A DNA stretch of 64,000 bases, taken from an uncultured Candidatus Saccharibacteria bacterium. GTDB taxonomy: Bacteria; Patescibacteriota; Minisyncoccia; Phycocordibacterales; SBAW01. The stretch spans positions 399,797 through 463,796 of the forward strand of contig CAZMIU010000001.1 of NCBI GenBank assembly GCA_964566795.1. The letters run 5' to 3'. Below are positions 47,134 to 56,609 of this stretch, one piece after another. The number at the start of each line of letters is the position of its first letter. The stretch's first letter is position 1. Both the position numbers and the translations under genes were made by a program. A model generated the notes under the pieces. That model made no database searches. It saw nothing but the letters and a program-made list of their open reading frames with translations, and had not been told where the DNA came from.

Positions 47134-47138
47134 ATGCG

Positions 47139-47558
47139 TTAGTGGCGGGCTACAACCTTAGCTTTCAAAGGCAGTTTCTTGGCAGCCTTGCTCAGCGCAT
47201 CAATTGCGATAGTGTCGGCAACGCCGTCTACCTCAAAGAGCACGCGGCCAGGCCATACCTGCACCTCGTAGCCAACCGGGTCACCCTTGCCCTTGCCGAG
47301 CTTAACCTCGGGCGGCTTCTGGGTAAACGGCTTGTCTGGGAAGATACGGATCCAGCTGCGGCCGGTCTTGCCCAGGGAGCGGGCGATAACCTTGCGGGCC
47401 GACTCAATCTGGTTGGAGCGCACGCGGGCAGCGGTCATTGCCTTAAGGCCATGGCTGCCAAAGGCAACAGTTATGCCACGGGTTGCGACCTTAATCTTTT
47501 TGGGATTAATGCGCATGGTGTGCGACTTGCGGAATTTTACTTTCTTAGGGAAAAGCAT
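47139..47558 (-). CDS. rplP: 50S ribosomal protein L16
   Basis: PKKVKFRK, QIESAR, WIRIFPDKP, GKGKG. Confidence 0.96.
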   Translation of the reverse strand: MLFPKKVKFRKSHTMRINPKKIKVATRGITVAFGSHGLKAMTAARVRSNQIESARKVIARSLGKTGRSWIRIFPDKPFTQKPPEVKLGKGKGDPVGYEVQVWPGRVLFEVDGVADTIAIDALSKAAKKLPLKAKVVARH

Positions 47559-47564
47559 ACAGGT

Positions 47565-48227
47565 TTATTTATCCTTCTTAGAGAAAACCTCTCCCTTGTA
47601 AATCCACACCTTGATGCCGATTACGCCAAGGGGCAGGTTTGCGCGCTCGCGGGCATAGTCGATGTCGGAGCGGAAGGTCTGCAGCGGCACGCGGCCCTTC
47701 TTGAGCGTCTCGGTGCGCGACATGGAGCCACCCCCCAGCATGCCCGAGACCTGCACGCGCACACCCTTAACATCGCGGTTTGCGCTCACCTTCTCGATAG
47801 TCTGCTTGAGGACGCGCCTAAACGGCATGCGCTTCTCCAAGCCCTCGGCAACCATGTAGGCCACGATAGCCGCGTTTGACTCAGGAGAGCGTATCTCCTC
47901 GATATCGAGCTTTACCTCGGGTACGGGGAGCTTCTTTGACTTCAAAAAGTCCTCGATAGACTTGCGTAGTTTGGCAGAGCCCTCGCCGGAGCGGCCAATG
48001 ATAACGCCAGGGCGCGAGGTCTTGATGATAACGCGCAGCTGCTTTGCGTTGCGCTCTATCTCGAGCCCGCCTATATACATGCCGCGCAGCGACTTGAGGA
48101 GATACTCGCGCAGGAGGACGTCCGCCTTCAGATTTAACTGAAACTGCGGGCCGGACGCGTACCAGCGATGGCGCCAATCCCTGAGGATCCCGAGGCGGTG
48201 TGCAAATGGGTTAACAATTTTAGACAT
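47565..48227 (-). CDS. rpsC: 30S ribosomal protein S3
   Basis: RPGVIIGR, GRVPLQTFRSDIDY, GVIGIKVWI. Confidence 0.96.
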   Translation of the reverse strand: MSKIVNPFAHRLGILRDWRHRWYASGPQFQLNLKADVLLREYLLKSLRGMYIGGLEIERNAKQLRVIIKTSRPGVIIGRSGEGSAKLRKSIEDFLKSKKLPVPEVKLDIEEIRSPESNAAIVAYMVAEGLEKRMPFRRVLKQTIEKVSANRDVKGVRVQVSGMLGGGSMSRTETLKKGRVPLQTFRSDIDYARERANLPLGVIGIKVWIYKGEVFSKKDK

Positions 48228-48233
48228 ATAGGT

Positions 48234-48629
48234 TTATGCTTGTGCCCGTACCTCGGGTGCGGTGGTCTCTTCCTTTTTAGCCTTTGCGGACCTCTCCTTC
48301 TTGGGAGCTTTTTTGGAGAGGCTCAGGGTGATGTGGCTGGTGCGCTTGAGGATCTGTGATGCGCGGCCGCGTGCGCGGGGCATAGAGCGCTTAAGCACAG
48401 TGCCCTCGTTGACCTGGATAGATGATACATAGAGCTCTGTGGCCTTAAGACCGGCGTTGGCTACAGCCGACTTAACGAGCTTCATCATTGGCTCGGATGC
48501 GCGCTTGGGGAGCATCGAAAGCATCGATATGGCATTGGACGCGCTCTTGCCGCGTATCAGGTCAGCCACAAGACGCACTTTGCGGGGTGCCTGGCGGTAG
48601 TTAGATAGTTTTGCAGTTGCGGTGTCCAT
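48234..48629 (-). CDS. rplV: 50S ribosomal protein L22
   Basis: APRKVRLVADLIRGK, PRARGRA, KRTSHI. Confidence 0.95.
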   Translation of the reverse strand: MDTATAKLSNYRQAPRKVRLVADLIRGKSASNAISMLSMLPKRASEPMMKLVKSAVANAGLKATELYVSSIQVNEGTVLKRSMPRARGRASQILKRTSHITLSLSKKAPKKERSAKAKKEETTAPEVRAQA

Positions 48630-48638
48630 ACGTTGAAA

Positions 48639-48986
48639 TTACTTCTTCTTGGCGACGTCGGTAGCAGCCTTGGCAGCCTGTGCAGATGCGATCTCGGCCT
48701 CCTTAGCCTTGGTCTCCATCTCCTTTTGCATCTTGCCGCCGTGGCGGACGAACTTCTTGGTGGGAGAGAACTCGCCCAGGCGGTGCCCGACCATGTCCTC
48801 GCTCACCAACACCTCAATGTGCGTCTTGCCGTTGTGTACGCCAAACTTAAACCCGACCATCTCAGGGGCGATCTGGCTGCGGCGGGCCCACGTCTTAATT
48901 GTCTCAGTGGTCTGAGGCTTTTTCCCCTCAATCTTCTTGAGGAGCTTCTCGTCGACGTAGGGTCCTTTTTTAACGCTTCGTGCCAT
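48639..48986 (-). CDS. rpsS: 30S ribosomal protein S19
   Basis: [36 protein letters not shown]; Ala/Lys-rich C-terminal extension. Confidence 0.96.
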   Translation of the reverse strand: MARSVKKGPYVDEKLLKKIEGKKPQTTETIKTWARRSQIAPEMVGFKFGVHNGKTHIEVLVSEDMVGHRLGEFSPTKKFVRHGGKMQKEMETKAKEAEIASAQAAKAATDVAKKK

Positions 48987-49076
48987 AAGAAATCCCCTAC
49001 CCGCCGTGGCCAGAGAGCGGCCGGGCCTTGCGGTAGGGATTGGACCCAATGTACAGGAAAGCCTCTGTGGAGTCAA
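48987..49076 (-). promoter_or_regulatory. Internal sigma70-type promoter and structured leader of rpsS
   Basis: TTGACT (49071-49076), 17 bp, TACATT (49048-49053); leader stem CCCTACC/GGTAGGG. Confidence 0.6.
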
Positions 49077-49143
49077 ATAGCCTTGTTTTTAGGGCTTGCA
49101 TGGTATAGTTTTGTGCAGGTTCAAGCACCAAGGGAGACGCCCG

Positions 49144-49335
49144 ATGCGCAGCTACACGTTCCGCTACATCAAGGGGAGCTCCGCTCCCTACCAGACGCTG
49201 GAAGCCAGGGATCACCTCGACTTCTACAACAAGCTCAAGGACTTTTTGGGCAATACGCTCCGGCTGATGCCAGGCACTATCAGCTACCAGGAGCGTGGCC
49301 AGGTCGATGACCCTCCCCTCCAGCACGCCGCCTGA
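49144..49335 (+). CDS. Small hypothetical protein (63 aa) antisense within the S10 cluster
   Basis: TG-G-TATAGT at 49101-49109, AGGGAG before ATG; terminator shared with rplB (~49354-49392). Confidence 0.6.
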   Translation: MRSYTFRYIKGSSAPYQTLEARDHLDFYNKLKDFLGNTLRLMPGTISYQERGQVDDPPLQHAA

Positions 49336-49394
49336 CACAAGTCGGCCAATACGAAACCGCCCCGGACATTTTGTCCGGGGCGTTTTTCCTTTTC

Positions 49395-50243
49395 TTACTT
49401 ACCCGCTCCGCGCTTGCCGACTTTGCGGCGGGACACGATGAGGTAGTTGGAGTACTTCTTGGGGCTGCGGGTCTTCTGGCCCTTGCCGGTCGGCTTGCCC
49501 CAGAGCGACTTGGCGCGCTTAAGGCCCCTGCCCTGGCGACCCTCGCCGCCGCCGTGCGGATGGTCTACCGGGTTCATTGCGGTACCGCGGACAGTCGGGC
49601 GCCTCCCCATCCAGCGCGAGCGGCCAGCTTTGCCGATAGTGCGCAGGTGGTGCTCGTCGTTAGATACCTCGCCGATAGTGGCCCAGCAGGTCTCGGGTAC
49701 CTTGCGTACCTCGGAGGACGGCATCTTGAGGTCTGCATAGCCGCCGTCACGGGCAATAACCTCGATATAGGTACCTGCTGCGCGGCCAAGCTTGCCGCCG
49801 TTGCCGGGCTTGAGCTCTACGTTGTAGACAAATGCGCCGATAGGAACGTTCTTAAGCGGCATGCGGTTGCCCGGTGCTGCCGGAGCAGTTTCGGAGGTCT
49901 CGATAGTCTGGCCCACGGCAACAGACTTAGGCAGGAGGTTGTAGCGGCGCTCGCCGTCGCGGTACACCATGAGCCCGATAAAGCCGGAGCGGTTCGGATC
50001 GTACTCAACAGTCTCTACCTTGGCCGGGATGTGCTTCTGGTAGCCAAAGTCGACATCACGGAAGAGGCGCTTGTGGCCGCCGCCCTTGTGGCGCACCGAG
50101 ATGCGGCCTGCATTGTTGCGGCCCACATCACGCTTAAAGCCCGAGGTAAGCGCCTTATGAGGCTCGGTTGCCGTGACCTTACCCTTAAAGGTAACGGTGG
50201 TCATGTGGCGGCGCGACTTGGTGTATGGCTTATAGGATTTCAT
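49395..50243 (-). CDS. rplB: 50S ribosomal protein L2
   Basis: GRNNAGRI, EYDPNRS, RGTAMNPVDHPHGGGEG. Confidence 0.97.
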   Translation of the reverse strand: MKSYKPYTKSRRHMTTVTFKGKVTATEPHKALTSGFKRDVGRNNAGRISVRHKGGGHKRLFRDVDFGYQKHIPAKVETVEYDPNRSGFIGLMVYRDGERRYNLLPKSVAVGQTIETSETAPAAPGNRMPLKNVPIGAFVYNVELKPGNGGKLGRAAGTYIEVIARDGGYADLKMPSSEVRKVPETCWATIGEVSNDEHHLRTIGKAGRSRWMGRRPTVRGTAMNPVDHPHGGGEGRQGRGLKRAKSLWGKPTGKGQKTRSPKKYSNYLIVSRRKVGKRGAGK

Positions 50244-50257
50244 AAAAGTATTTGAAA

Positions 50258-50545
50258 CTATGCAATCTCGATAGTGTCGCCGGCCTTAAGGTAGACGTAT
50301 GCCTTCTTGCCGCCACGGCTGTAACCAACCTGGTTGGTGTTGCGGGTGCGTACAGCCTTGCGCGGGACACTAACAATGGTCACCTTGCGCGGAGTTACTT
50401 TAAACACCTCGCGGATAGCCTCGGCAATCTGCACCTTGTTGGCATCAACACCAACGTTAAAGACGTACACGCCCTTAGCGGAGAGATAGGCACCCTTCTC
50501 GGTGATGCGCGGCGATATGAGTGTGTGTACAGCGGGCCGTTTCAT
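50258..50545 (-). CDS. rplW: 50S ribosomal protein L23
   Basis: PRITEK, ANKVQI, KKAYVYL. Confidence 0.94.
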   Translation of the reverse strand: MKRPAVHTLISPRITEKGAYLSAKGVYVFNVGVDANKVQIAEAIREVFKVTPRKVTIVSVPRKAVRTRNTNQVGYSRGGKKAYVYLKAGDTIEIA

Positions 50546-50574
50546 GATAATGAAATAAATTAAATAGACATAGG

Positions 50575-51240
50575 TTACTTTGCAGCTTTAGCGGACAGCT
50601 TCTTGCTCAGCGTCTCGATAGCAGACTTGGGATCTACGATAACGAGCTGCTTTTTGCCAAGCACATGGATGGGGTTGAGGTCTGCAATAGAGCCCACCTC
50701 TACGTTGCCCATGTTGCGGAATGACTTAAGCGCATTCTGGTCGCGGGACGGGAGTGCGATGTATGCGGCATTGCTGCGCTTGTTGATAGAAAGCGACTTG
50801 AGCATGGCGGCTGCGGTCTTGGTCTTAGGTGCAGCAAGGGACACCGAGTCGATAAAGACAATCTGGCCGTCCTTGTACTTGCGCGAGAGTGCTACCAAAA
50901 GGGCCTTCTGGCGCATCGAGCGGTTAATCTTAACCGCGTAGTTCTTCTCATTGCGGGGGCCATGGGTTACACCGCCGCCCTTCCAGATAGGAGACCTGCT
51001 CGAGCCATGGCGTGCGCGGCCGGTGCCCTTCTGCTGCCAGGGCTTGCGACCGCCGCCGCGTACCTCGCCGCGGTCCTTGGTGTGGGCATTGGAGTGGCGG
51101 GCATTTGCCTGCATGGCCACAACCACCTGGTGTACCAGGTCGGCGTTCCAGGGCAGGCCAAAGATGTTCTCAGGCAGAGTAACCTTGCCTGCATCCTTGC
51201 CCTCTATGTTGTACATCTTAGTTTCCATATTGGTATTCAA
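50575..51240 (-). CDS. rplD: 50S ribosomal protein L4
   Basis: TKDRGEVRGGGRKPWQQKGTGRARHGS. Confidence 0.96.
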   Translation of the reverse strand: MNTNMETKMYNIEGKDAGKVTLPENIFGLPWNADLVHQVVVAMQANARHSNAHTKDRGEVRGGGRKPWQQKGTGRARHGSSRSPIWKGGGVTHGPRNEKNYAVKINRSMRQKALLVALSRKYKDGQIVFIDSVSLAAPKTKTAAAMLKSLSINKRSNAAYIALPSRDQNALKSFRNMGNVEVGSIADLNPIHVLGKKQLVIVDPKSAIETLSKKLSAKAAK

Positions 51241-51245
51241 ATCGC

Positions 51246-51884
51246 CTAGCCACGGATCTCTACAAGGGTGCCGCGGCGGCCCGGGATAGCACCGGCGATA
51301 ACAAGCTCGCCAGTCTCCGGGAGGACCTGCAGTATTGCAAGATTGCGCACAGTGACACGGTCCTGGCCCATGCGGCCGGCCATGCGCATACCCTTGGCAA
51401 CGCGACCGCCTGCACGGCCACCGGAGCCTCCGATGGAGCCCGGAGCGCGCTCGCTGTGCTTCTGGCCGTGAGAGCGGGGGCCACCCTTAAAGCCATGGCG
51501 CTTAACCACGCCCTGGAAGCCCCTACCCTTAGAAATTGCCGAGACAACCACCTTGTCGCCCGGCGCAAACATAGATACGTCGACAGTAGAGCCAACCTCA
51601 GGGAAGTTGGTGTCTGCCTTGGCATCCTTGGTAGCAGGGCGGGGGCGCAGCTCCTTAAAGTGGCGCAGGGCCTTGCCCTTGGCATGGCCAACCTGCGCCT
51701 TGTTGGCGCGGGCCTCCTTAATCTCGACAGCACCAAGCTGCACGGCGTCATAGCCGTCCGAATCTTGGGTCTTGATCTGGGTTACGACGTTCGGGGCCGC
51801 ATTTACTACGGTAGCAGCATATGCCCTACCCTCCTCGGTAAATACAGTCGTCATCTTGCCCTTTGTTCCAAGGATGAATTTCAT
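51246..51884 (-). CDS. rplC: 50S ribosomal protein L3
   Basis: KGKMT, DGYDAVQ, SKGRGFQGVVKRH, RAPGSIG, MAGRMG. Confidence 0.96.
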   Translation of the reverse strand: MKFILGTKGKMTTVFTEEGRAYAATVVNAAPNVVTQIKTQDSDGYDAVQLGAVEIKEARANKAQVGHAKGKALRHFKELRPRPATKDAKADTNFPEVGSTVDVSMFAPGDKVVVSAISKGRGFQGVVKRHGFKGGPRSHGQKHSERAPGSIGGSGGRAGGRVAKGMRMAGRMGQDRVTVRNLAILQVLPETGELVIAGAIPGRRGTLVEIRG

Positions 51885-51983
51885 GATGGTTTCTATTGGT
51901 CCCGCTGCTCGAGCTAAAAAGCCCTGGGACATGGACAACCCTATGTATAGAGAGTCTTCGAGACTATACCTGACCCTCTAATT

Positions 51984-52415
51984 TTATGCAAGATAGGCAA
52001 GAATAGTGGCCATGCCCATAAGCAGGACCAGGTAGTAGCCCAAGTTGATGGCAAGCGTAATCCGGGTCTTTTTGCCAAACAGGACCTCGTTTAAGAGGAC
52101 CGGCACCATAAACCCGAGCCAGCACCAGGTAGCCCCCATAAGCCCGCCCTCAAGCCCCGAGGTACCCGCGTAGGCGTTGCCAAAGGTGATGACGTGGTGG
52201 AGCACATAGGCCATGACAAGCGCGCCCAGTGCGGTGAGCGCGTAGGTGGCCGCCATGCCACCGCGCTTTGCCATAGCAGCCTCTTTGTCTGCCTCGGTCC
52301 AGCCCATCTCGCGCGACCACAGCCTGCCAAACAAGGGGCCGTACCAGAGTGTGCCCACGACCATAGAAAACACTACACAGCCCGCAAGCGCCCAGTAGTT
52401 TACAAGTACTTCCAT
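51984..52415 (-). CDS. DUF1761-like membrane protein
   Basis: VNYWA, GTLWYGPLFGRLW, WLGF, INLGY. Confidence 0.8.
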   Translation of the reverse strand: MEVLVNYWALAGCVVFSMVVGTLWYGPLFGRLWSREMGWTEADKEAAMAKRGGMAATYALTALGALVMAYVLHHVITFGNAYAGTSGLEGGLMGATWCWLGFMVPVLLNEVLFGKKTRITLAINLGYYLVLLMGMATILAYLA

Positions 52416-52685
52416 ATATAAAGATTACCTAGTACCTCATAAGTATATATACGAAAAAGCCCCCATGCATGGGGGCTTTTTCGTTGTATTTCTTTGCTCG
52501 GCTTACAGGTAATGCCCTGAATTGTATGTCGAGGAAAAAAAGCGACGCCTAGAAGTCGCCCAGAAATAACACTATTTGTTCGCGAACAAACCAATGAACA
52601 CCTTTTTCCTATTCTATCAGCAATTCATGAAGAATCAATTAATCGCGCGTGAAAAAGAAAATCCCCTCTCGCGAGGGGATTGTCT

Positions 52686-53057
52686 TTAGACCATCTTTAC
52701 ATCGATGGTGACGCCGGAGGGGAGGCTGAGGTTGGTGAGCGCCTCTATCACCTTGGCGTTGGGCTCGAGGATGTCGATCACGCGCTTGTGGACGCGCATC
52801 TCAAACTGCTCGCGTGCGTCCTTGTAGACGAAGGTGGAGCGGTTAACGGTGTACTTCTTGATCTCTGTCGGCAGTGGGATTGGGCCTGCAACCTTTGCGT
52901 CATAGCGCAGGGCGGTGTCCAATATCTGCTTAACACTCGCGTCGAGCACCTTGTGCTCGTATGCGCGCACCTTGATACGCAACCTCTGCACGGGGGCCTC
53001 TGTCTTCTTGGCGCGGGGCACAGCCTTCGCCTTCTTCTCTTTCTTCTCGGTTGCCAT
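52686..53057 (-). CDS. rpsJ: 30S ribosomal protein S10
   Basis: [31 protein letters not shown]. Confidence 0.96.
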   Translation of the reverse strand: MATEKKEKKAKAVPRAKKTEAPVQRLRIKVRAYEHKVLDASVKQILDTALRYDAKVAGPIPLPTEIKKYTVNRSTFVYKDAREQFEMRVHKRVIDILEPNAKVIEALTNLSLPSGVTIDVKMV

Positions 53058-53200
53058 ATGTGTGTGAGCCTAGTTCTCCCCTTTTCAGAGGTAACCTATG
53101 CCCGATTAGCTAACGCTTACAGATAATAAACGAACACAGGCACTGTAGCATAGAAAAACCCCGCGGTGAAGCGGGGTTTTTCTTTCAAACGTTGGGGTGA

Positions 53201-54394
53201 TTACGCGATTATCTTTGTGACAACGCCTGCACCTACGGTCTTGCCGCCCTCGCGGACTGCAAAGCGGGTCTTGTCCTCGAGTGCCACAGGCGCTACGAGC
53301 TTGACCTTAAAGGTAATGGTGTCGCCCGGCATAACCATCTCAGTACCAGCAGGCAAGGTTACCTCGCCGGTTACGTCCGTAGTGCGGACGTAGAACTGGG
53401 GCTTGTAGCCGGTGAAGAACGGCGTGTGGCGGCCACCCTCCTCCTTGGTGAGGATGTATACCTCGGCCTCAAACTCGGTGTGCGGGGTTACGGAACCCGG
53501 CTTAGCCAAGACCTGGCCGCGGTGGATGTCATCCTTGGCGGTACCGCGCAGGAGGATGCCTGCGTTGTCGCCTGCCTGGCCCTGGTCGAGCTGCTTGTTG
53601 AACATCTCGATACCGGTAACGGTGGTCTTAGTGGTTGGCTGGAGACCTACAATCTCGATATCCTCGCCTACCTTGAGCACGCCGCGCTCGATGCGGCCTG
53701 TCACTACAGTGCCGCGACCCTCGATAGAGAAGATGTCCTCTACCGGCATAAGGAACGGCTTGTCGAGCTCGCGGACCGGGTCTGGGAAGAAGCTGTCCAT
53801 GGTGTTAACGAGCTCCAATACCTTCTGAGACCACTCGTTGCTCAAGTCATTAGACTCGAGCGCCTTGAGGCCGGAACCCTTGATAACCGGAGAACCCTCG
53901 TAGCCCTGCTTGGCCAAAAGCTCCTTGATCTCCTCCTCGACGAGGTCCAAGAGATCCTTGTCCTCAACCATGTCGCACTTGTTGAGGAAGACGATGAGTT
54001 TCGGCACGCCAACCTGGCGGGCCAAGAGCACGTGCTCGCGGGTCTGGGGCATAAGGCCGTCAGTTGCCGCAACTACAAGCACTGCGCCGTCCATCTGGGC
54101 AGCACCGGTGATCATGTTCTTGATGTAGTCGGCGTGACCCGGAGCGTCGATGTGTGCGTAGTGACGCTTAGGGGTCTCGTACTCCGAGTGGTGGAGCGCG
54201 ATGGTGATACCGCGAGCCTTCTCCTCCGGAGCGTTGTCGATACCGTCAACGGCCTCGACGCGTGCGCCGTAACCCTGGCTCTTTGCCATGTCGAGCGTGT
54301 GGAGGATCGACGCGGTGAGCGTAGTCTTGCCGTGGTCAACGTGACCGATGGTGCCCACGTTCATGTGGGGCTTAGACCTTTCGAAATTTGCCAT
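53201..54394 (-). CDS. tuf: Elongation factor Tu
   Basis: [39 protein letters not shown]. Confidence 0.98.
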   Translation of the reverse strand: MANFERSKPHMNVGTIGHVDHGKTTLTASILHTLDMAKSQGYGARVEAVDGIDNAPEEKARGITIALHHSEYETPKRHYAHIDAPGHADYIKNMITGAAQMDGAVLVVAATDGLMPQTREHVLLARQVGVPKLIVFLNKCDMVEDKDLLDLVEEEIKELLAKQGYEGSPVIKGSGLKALESNDLSNEWSQKVLELVNTMDSFFPDPVRELDKPFLMPVEDIFSIEGRGTVVTGRIERGVLKVGEDIEIVGLQPTTKTTVTGIEMFNKQLDQGQAGDNAGILLRGTAKDDIHRGQVLAKPGSVTPHTEFEAEVYILTKEEGGRHTPFFTGYKPQFYVRTTDVTGEVTLPAGTEMVMPGDTITFKVKLVAPVALEDKTRFAVREGGKTVGAGVVTKIIA

Positions 54395-54557
54395 AAATAA
54401 AACTAACTAATTAATAACAACTTATATACACAGCGCACTCCAAAAGCACAGGAAAGTAGCCCCATGTGCATTGCGGTTCAATATATAGCAGAAGGTACAC
54501 AGGTGCAAGCCCCGCAATGGTGCCTGCGGGGCGCACCGCTTATGTATTACTTATGTA

Positions 54558-56591
54558 TTAATAGAGTCCGGCCTGGAAGAGGAACTCGGAGAAGGCGTCT
54601 ACTATCATGTAGACCGGGGCCATCTCAACCGCTGCAAGCGCATCGGTCACTTTGCTCATGGTCTCGTAGAAACTTATAGGCAGGTATGGGAGCGCTGCCG
54701 TCAGCTCAGAGACAGGCACCATGGAGGTTGAGCCGGGCACGGTCACCGTCTTGGTGATTACCGGGGTCGGCGACGCGCATACCGCAGTCGCAGGGCATGA
54801 GGTTGGAGGGAGCACCTTGATGGTGTAGGTGCCGGCTGTTTTGTACGGATAGCTGCGGGTAAATACCGGCTGGCAGCTGCCGATACCTATGGGGATATTG
54901 GCACTAACGCCGTCACCATAGTCGAGCGTATAGGTCTTACCATCGCAGCCCTGGCCCGTGCTGCCCTGGATACTTACCCAAAGCGAGCCAGCAGAGGTTG
55001 CCACCGTGAGTGTGGGCTGTGTTACCGAGGTACCGCCTGTCGAGTCGCTGGGCTTTGAGGGATTAAGGTACACAAAGCCGGAGTCGAGCACGTCGCCCGC
55101 CTCGTTGAGTATCGCCACGCTGTAGGTACCCTGGGTAAAGGTGCGCGTGGTGGTGTGTGACCAGCGGCCACTTGTGACCGCGATAGCCGGCGAGTTGTAG
55201 ACAGTCGCCAAATCTTTCAGCATCGTGATGTAGATTTTTGAGATTGTAGCTGAGCCGCCAAAGGTTATCTTGCCGGTGCTGTCTGTTGAGGTAGTGTCGC
55301 GCGATACCTGCCTCTCCTGTGAGTTGCGGTCCATAACCTGCATAGAGAACACCGCGTTGCTCAGGCCCTGGGAGAGCACCGTACCGTCTGCCTTGTAGGC
55401 CACAACCTTGGCCTGGTACTTGTTGCCGGCGGGCACGCGTGCATACCCGCGGGTTGTTGAGTCCTGATTGCTGGTGCCTACGTTTACGCAGTTGTTGGTT
55501 TCAGGCAAAGGATATGAAACGCCTGATGAACCGTTGTAAAGGAAGGAGCATGCGTACGAGCCGGCAGGCATCTTGTAGTTGCGCCACCCAATAAGCATGC
55601 TGGTGCCAAAGTGGCCGTCGCGCGTAATGTCGTACGGACCTTTGCTATTTTTAGGGTACGTTACAACAACTGTCGGGACTGTATATACGGGCTCAGAAGA
55701 CGAATTATCCTCCTCCCCCTCATCTTCGTCCTCATCCTGGTCATTGCTGCAGGATGCGGTGTTCGAGTTGTCATTGCGGTTGCACTCTAAGCTTGCAGCC
55801 AGAACATTAACTGTCTTGAATGCCACCATCTCACCCTTGGCGCCATCTTTATGCAACGCTGCGACATAGGTACCCGGGGTCGAGTAGGTGTGGGTCGCGT
55901 TCACTTCCCCATATCCGCTGATTGAACCGTCGCCAAAGCTGATGTAGGCACCCGCGCTAAGTGCAGAGCCACTGCCTTTAAACGAAACCGTAAGGGGTGC
56001 CTTGCCCGATGTGGGGCTGGCAGTAAAAGTGACTTCACTCGTATTGCTGGAGGAATTCCCGATGATGAGAATGCCCTTAGCGAGAGCGACTTTGGATGCG
56101 TAATCAAATACTACTACCCTCATGGTAGCGGCGGCGTTGATACCAAATTGTGCAGACCAGCGGCCGTTTTTTACATCGGACTTCTCGATAAAGATGCCGT
56201 CCTTGCCGAGCTGGCCGGCAATGGTGTTGTAGTCCGTAATGGACGCGTAGGTCTCATAGTTTGTAGGCACGAGCACGACTGCGACTTTCTTGGTGTTAGC
56301 CGCGGTACCTGTGATATAAAACTTGCCCAAGCCAGTAGTGATCGACTCCTGGTCCAATGACGCACTGGATACGTTCGGATTGGTGGTGCCCGAACCGCCA
56401 CCGAGGACGGACTTAACCGTGTTGATGGTTGCCTGCGGCACATCAAACGCCTCGAGTAGGTTTATGACCGCGTTAATCTGCGCCGAGGTCAGCTGCCCTG
56501 CCGCCCGCGCCGGTTGTGCGCTTACGGCAACAAGTACGAGCGAGATGATAAGGGCGGCGAGGAGTGAGCGGATGGAGCGTGCAGCAGTCAT
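54558..56591 (-). CDS. Secreted surface protein with PKD/Ig-like domains
   Basis: Signal peptide, LTSAQINAVINLL helical module, PKD motifs (FTASPTSGKAPLTVSF...FGDG...HTYSTPGTY; DYGDG...YKTAGTY). Confidence 0.8.
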   Translation of the reverse strand: MTAARSIRSLLAALIISLVLVAVSAQPARAAGQLTSAQINAVINLLEAFDVPQATINTVKSVLGGGSGTTNPNVSSASLDQESITTGLGKFYITGTAANTKKVAVVLVPTNYETYASITDYNTIAGQLGKDGIFIEKSDVKNGRWSAQFGINAAATMRVVVFDYASKVALAKGILIIGNSSSNTSEVTFTASPTSGKAPLTVSFKGSGSALSAGAYISFGDGSISGYGEVNATHTYSTPGTYVAALHKDGAKGEMVAFKTVNVLAASLECNRNDNSNTASCSNDQDEDEDEGEEDNSSSEPVYTVPTVVVTYPKNSKGPYDITRDGHFGTSMLIGWRNYKMPAGSYACSFLYNGSSGVSYPLPETNNCVNVGTSNQDSTTRGYARVPAGNKYQAKVVAYKADGTVLSQGLSNAVFSMQVMDRNSQERQVSRDTTSTDSTGKITFGGSATISKIYITMLKDLATVYNSPAIAVTSGRWSHTTTRTFTQGTYSVAILNEAGDVLDSGFVYLNPSKPSDSTGGTSVTQPTLTVATSAGSLWVSIQGSTGQGCDGKTYTLDYGDGVSANIPIGIGSCQPVFTRSYPYKTAGTYTIKVLPPTSCPATAVCASPTPVITKTVTVPGSTSMVPVSELTAALPYLPISFYETMSKVTDALAAVEMAPVYMIVDAFSEFLFQAGLY

Positions 56592-56609
56592 ACGAGTTAC
56601 AAATTGAAA

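Noticed and set aside
52575-52590. Perfect 16-bp palindrome TTTGTTCGCGAACAAA in the rpsJ-DUF1761 spacer
   Set aside because: Single occurrence; half-sites are in the wrong arrangement for a LexA box; no supporting context.
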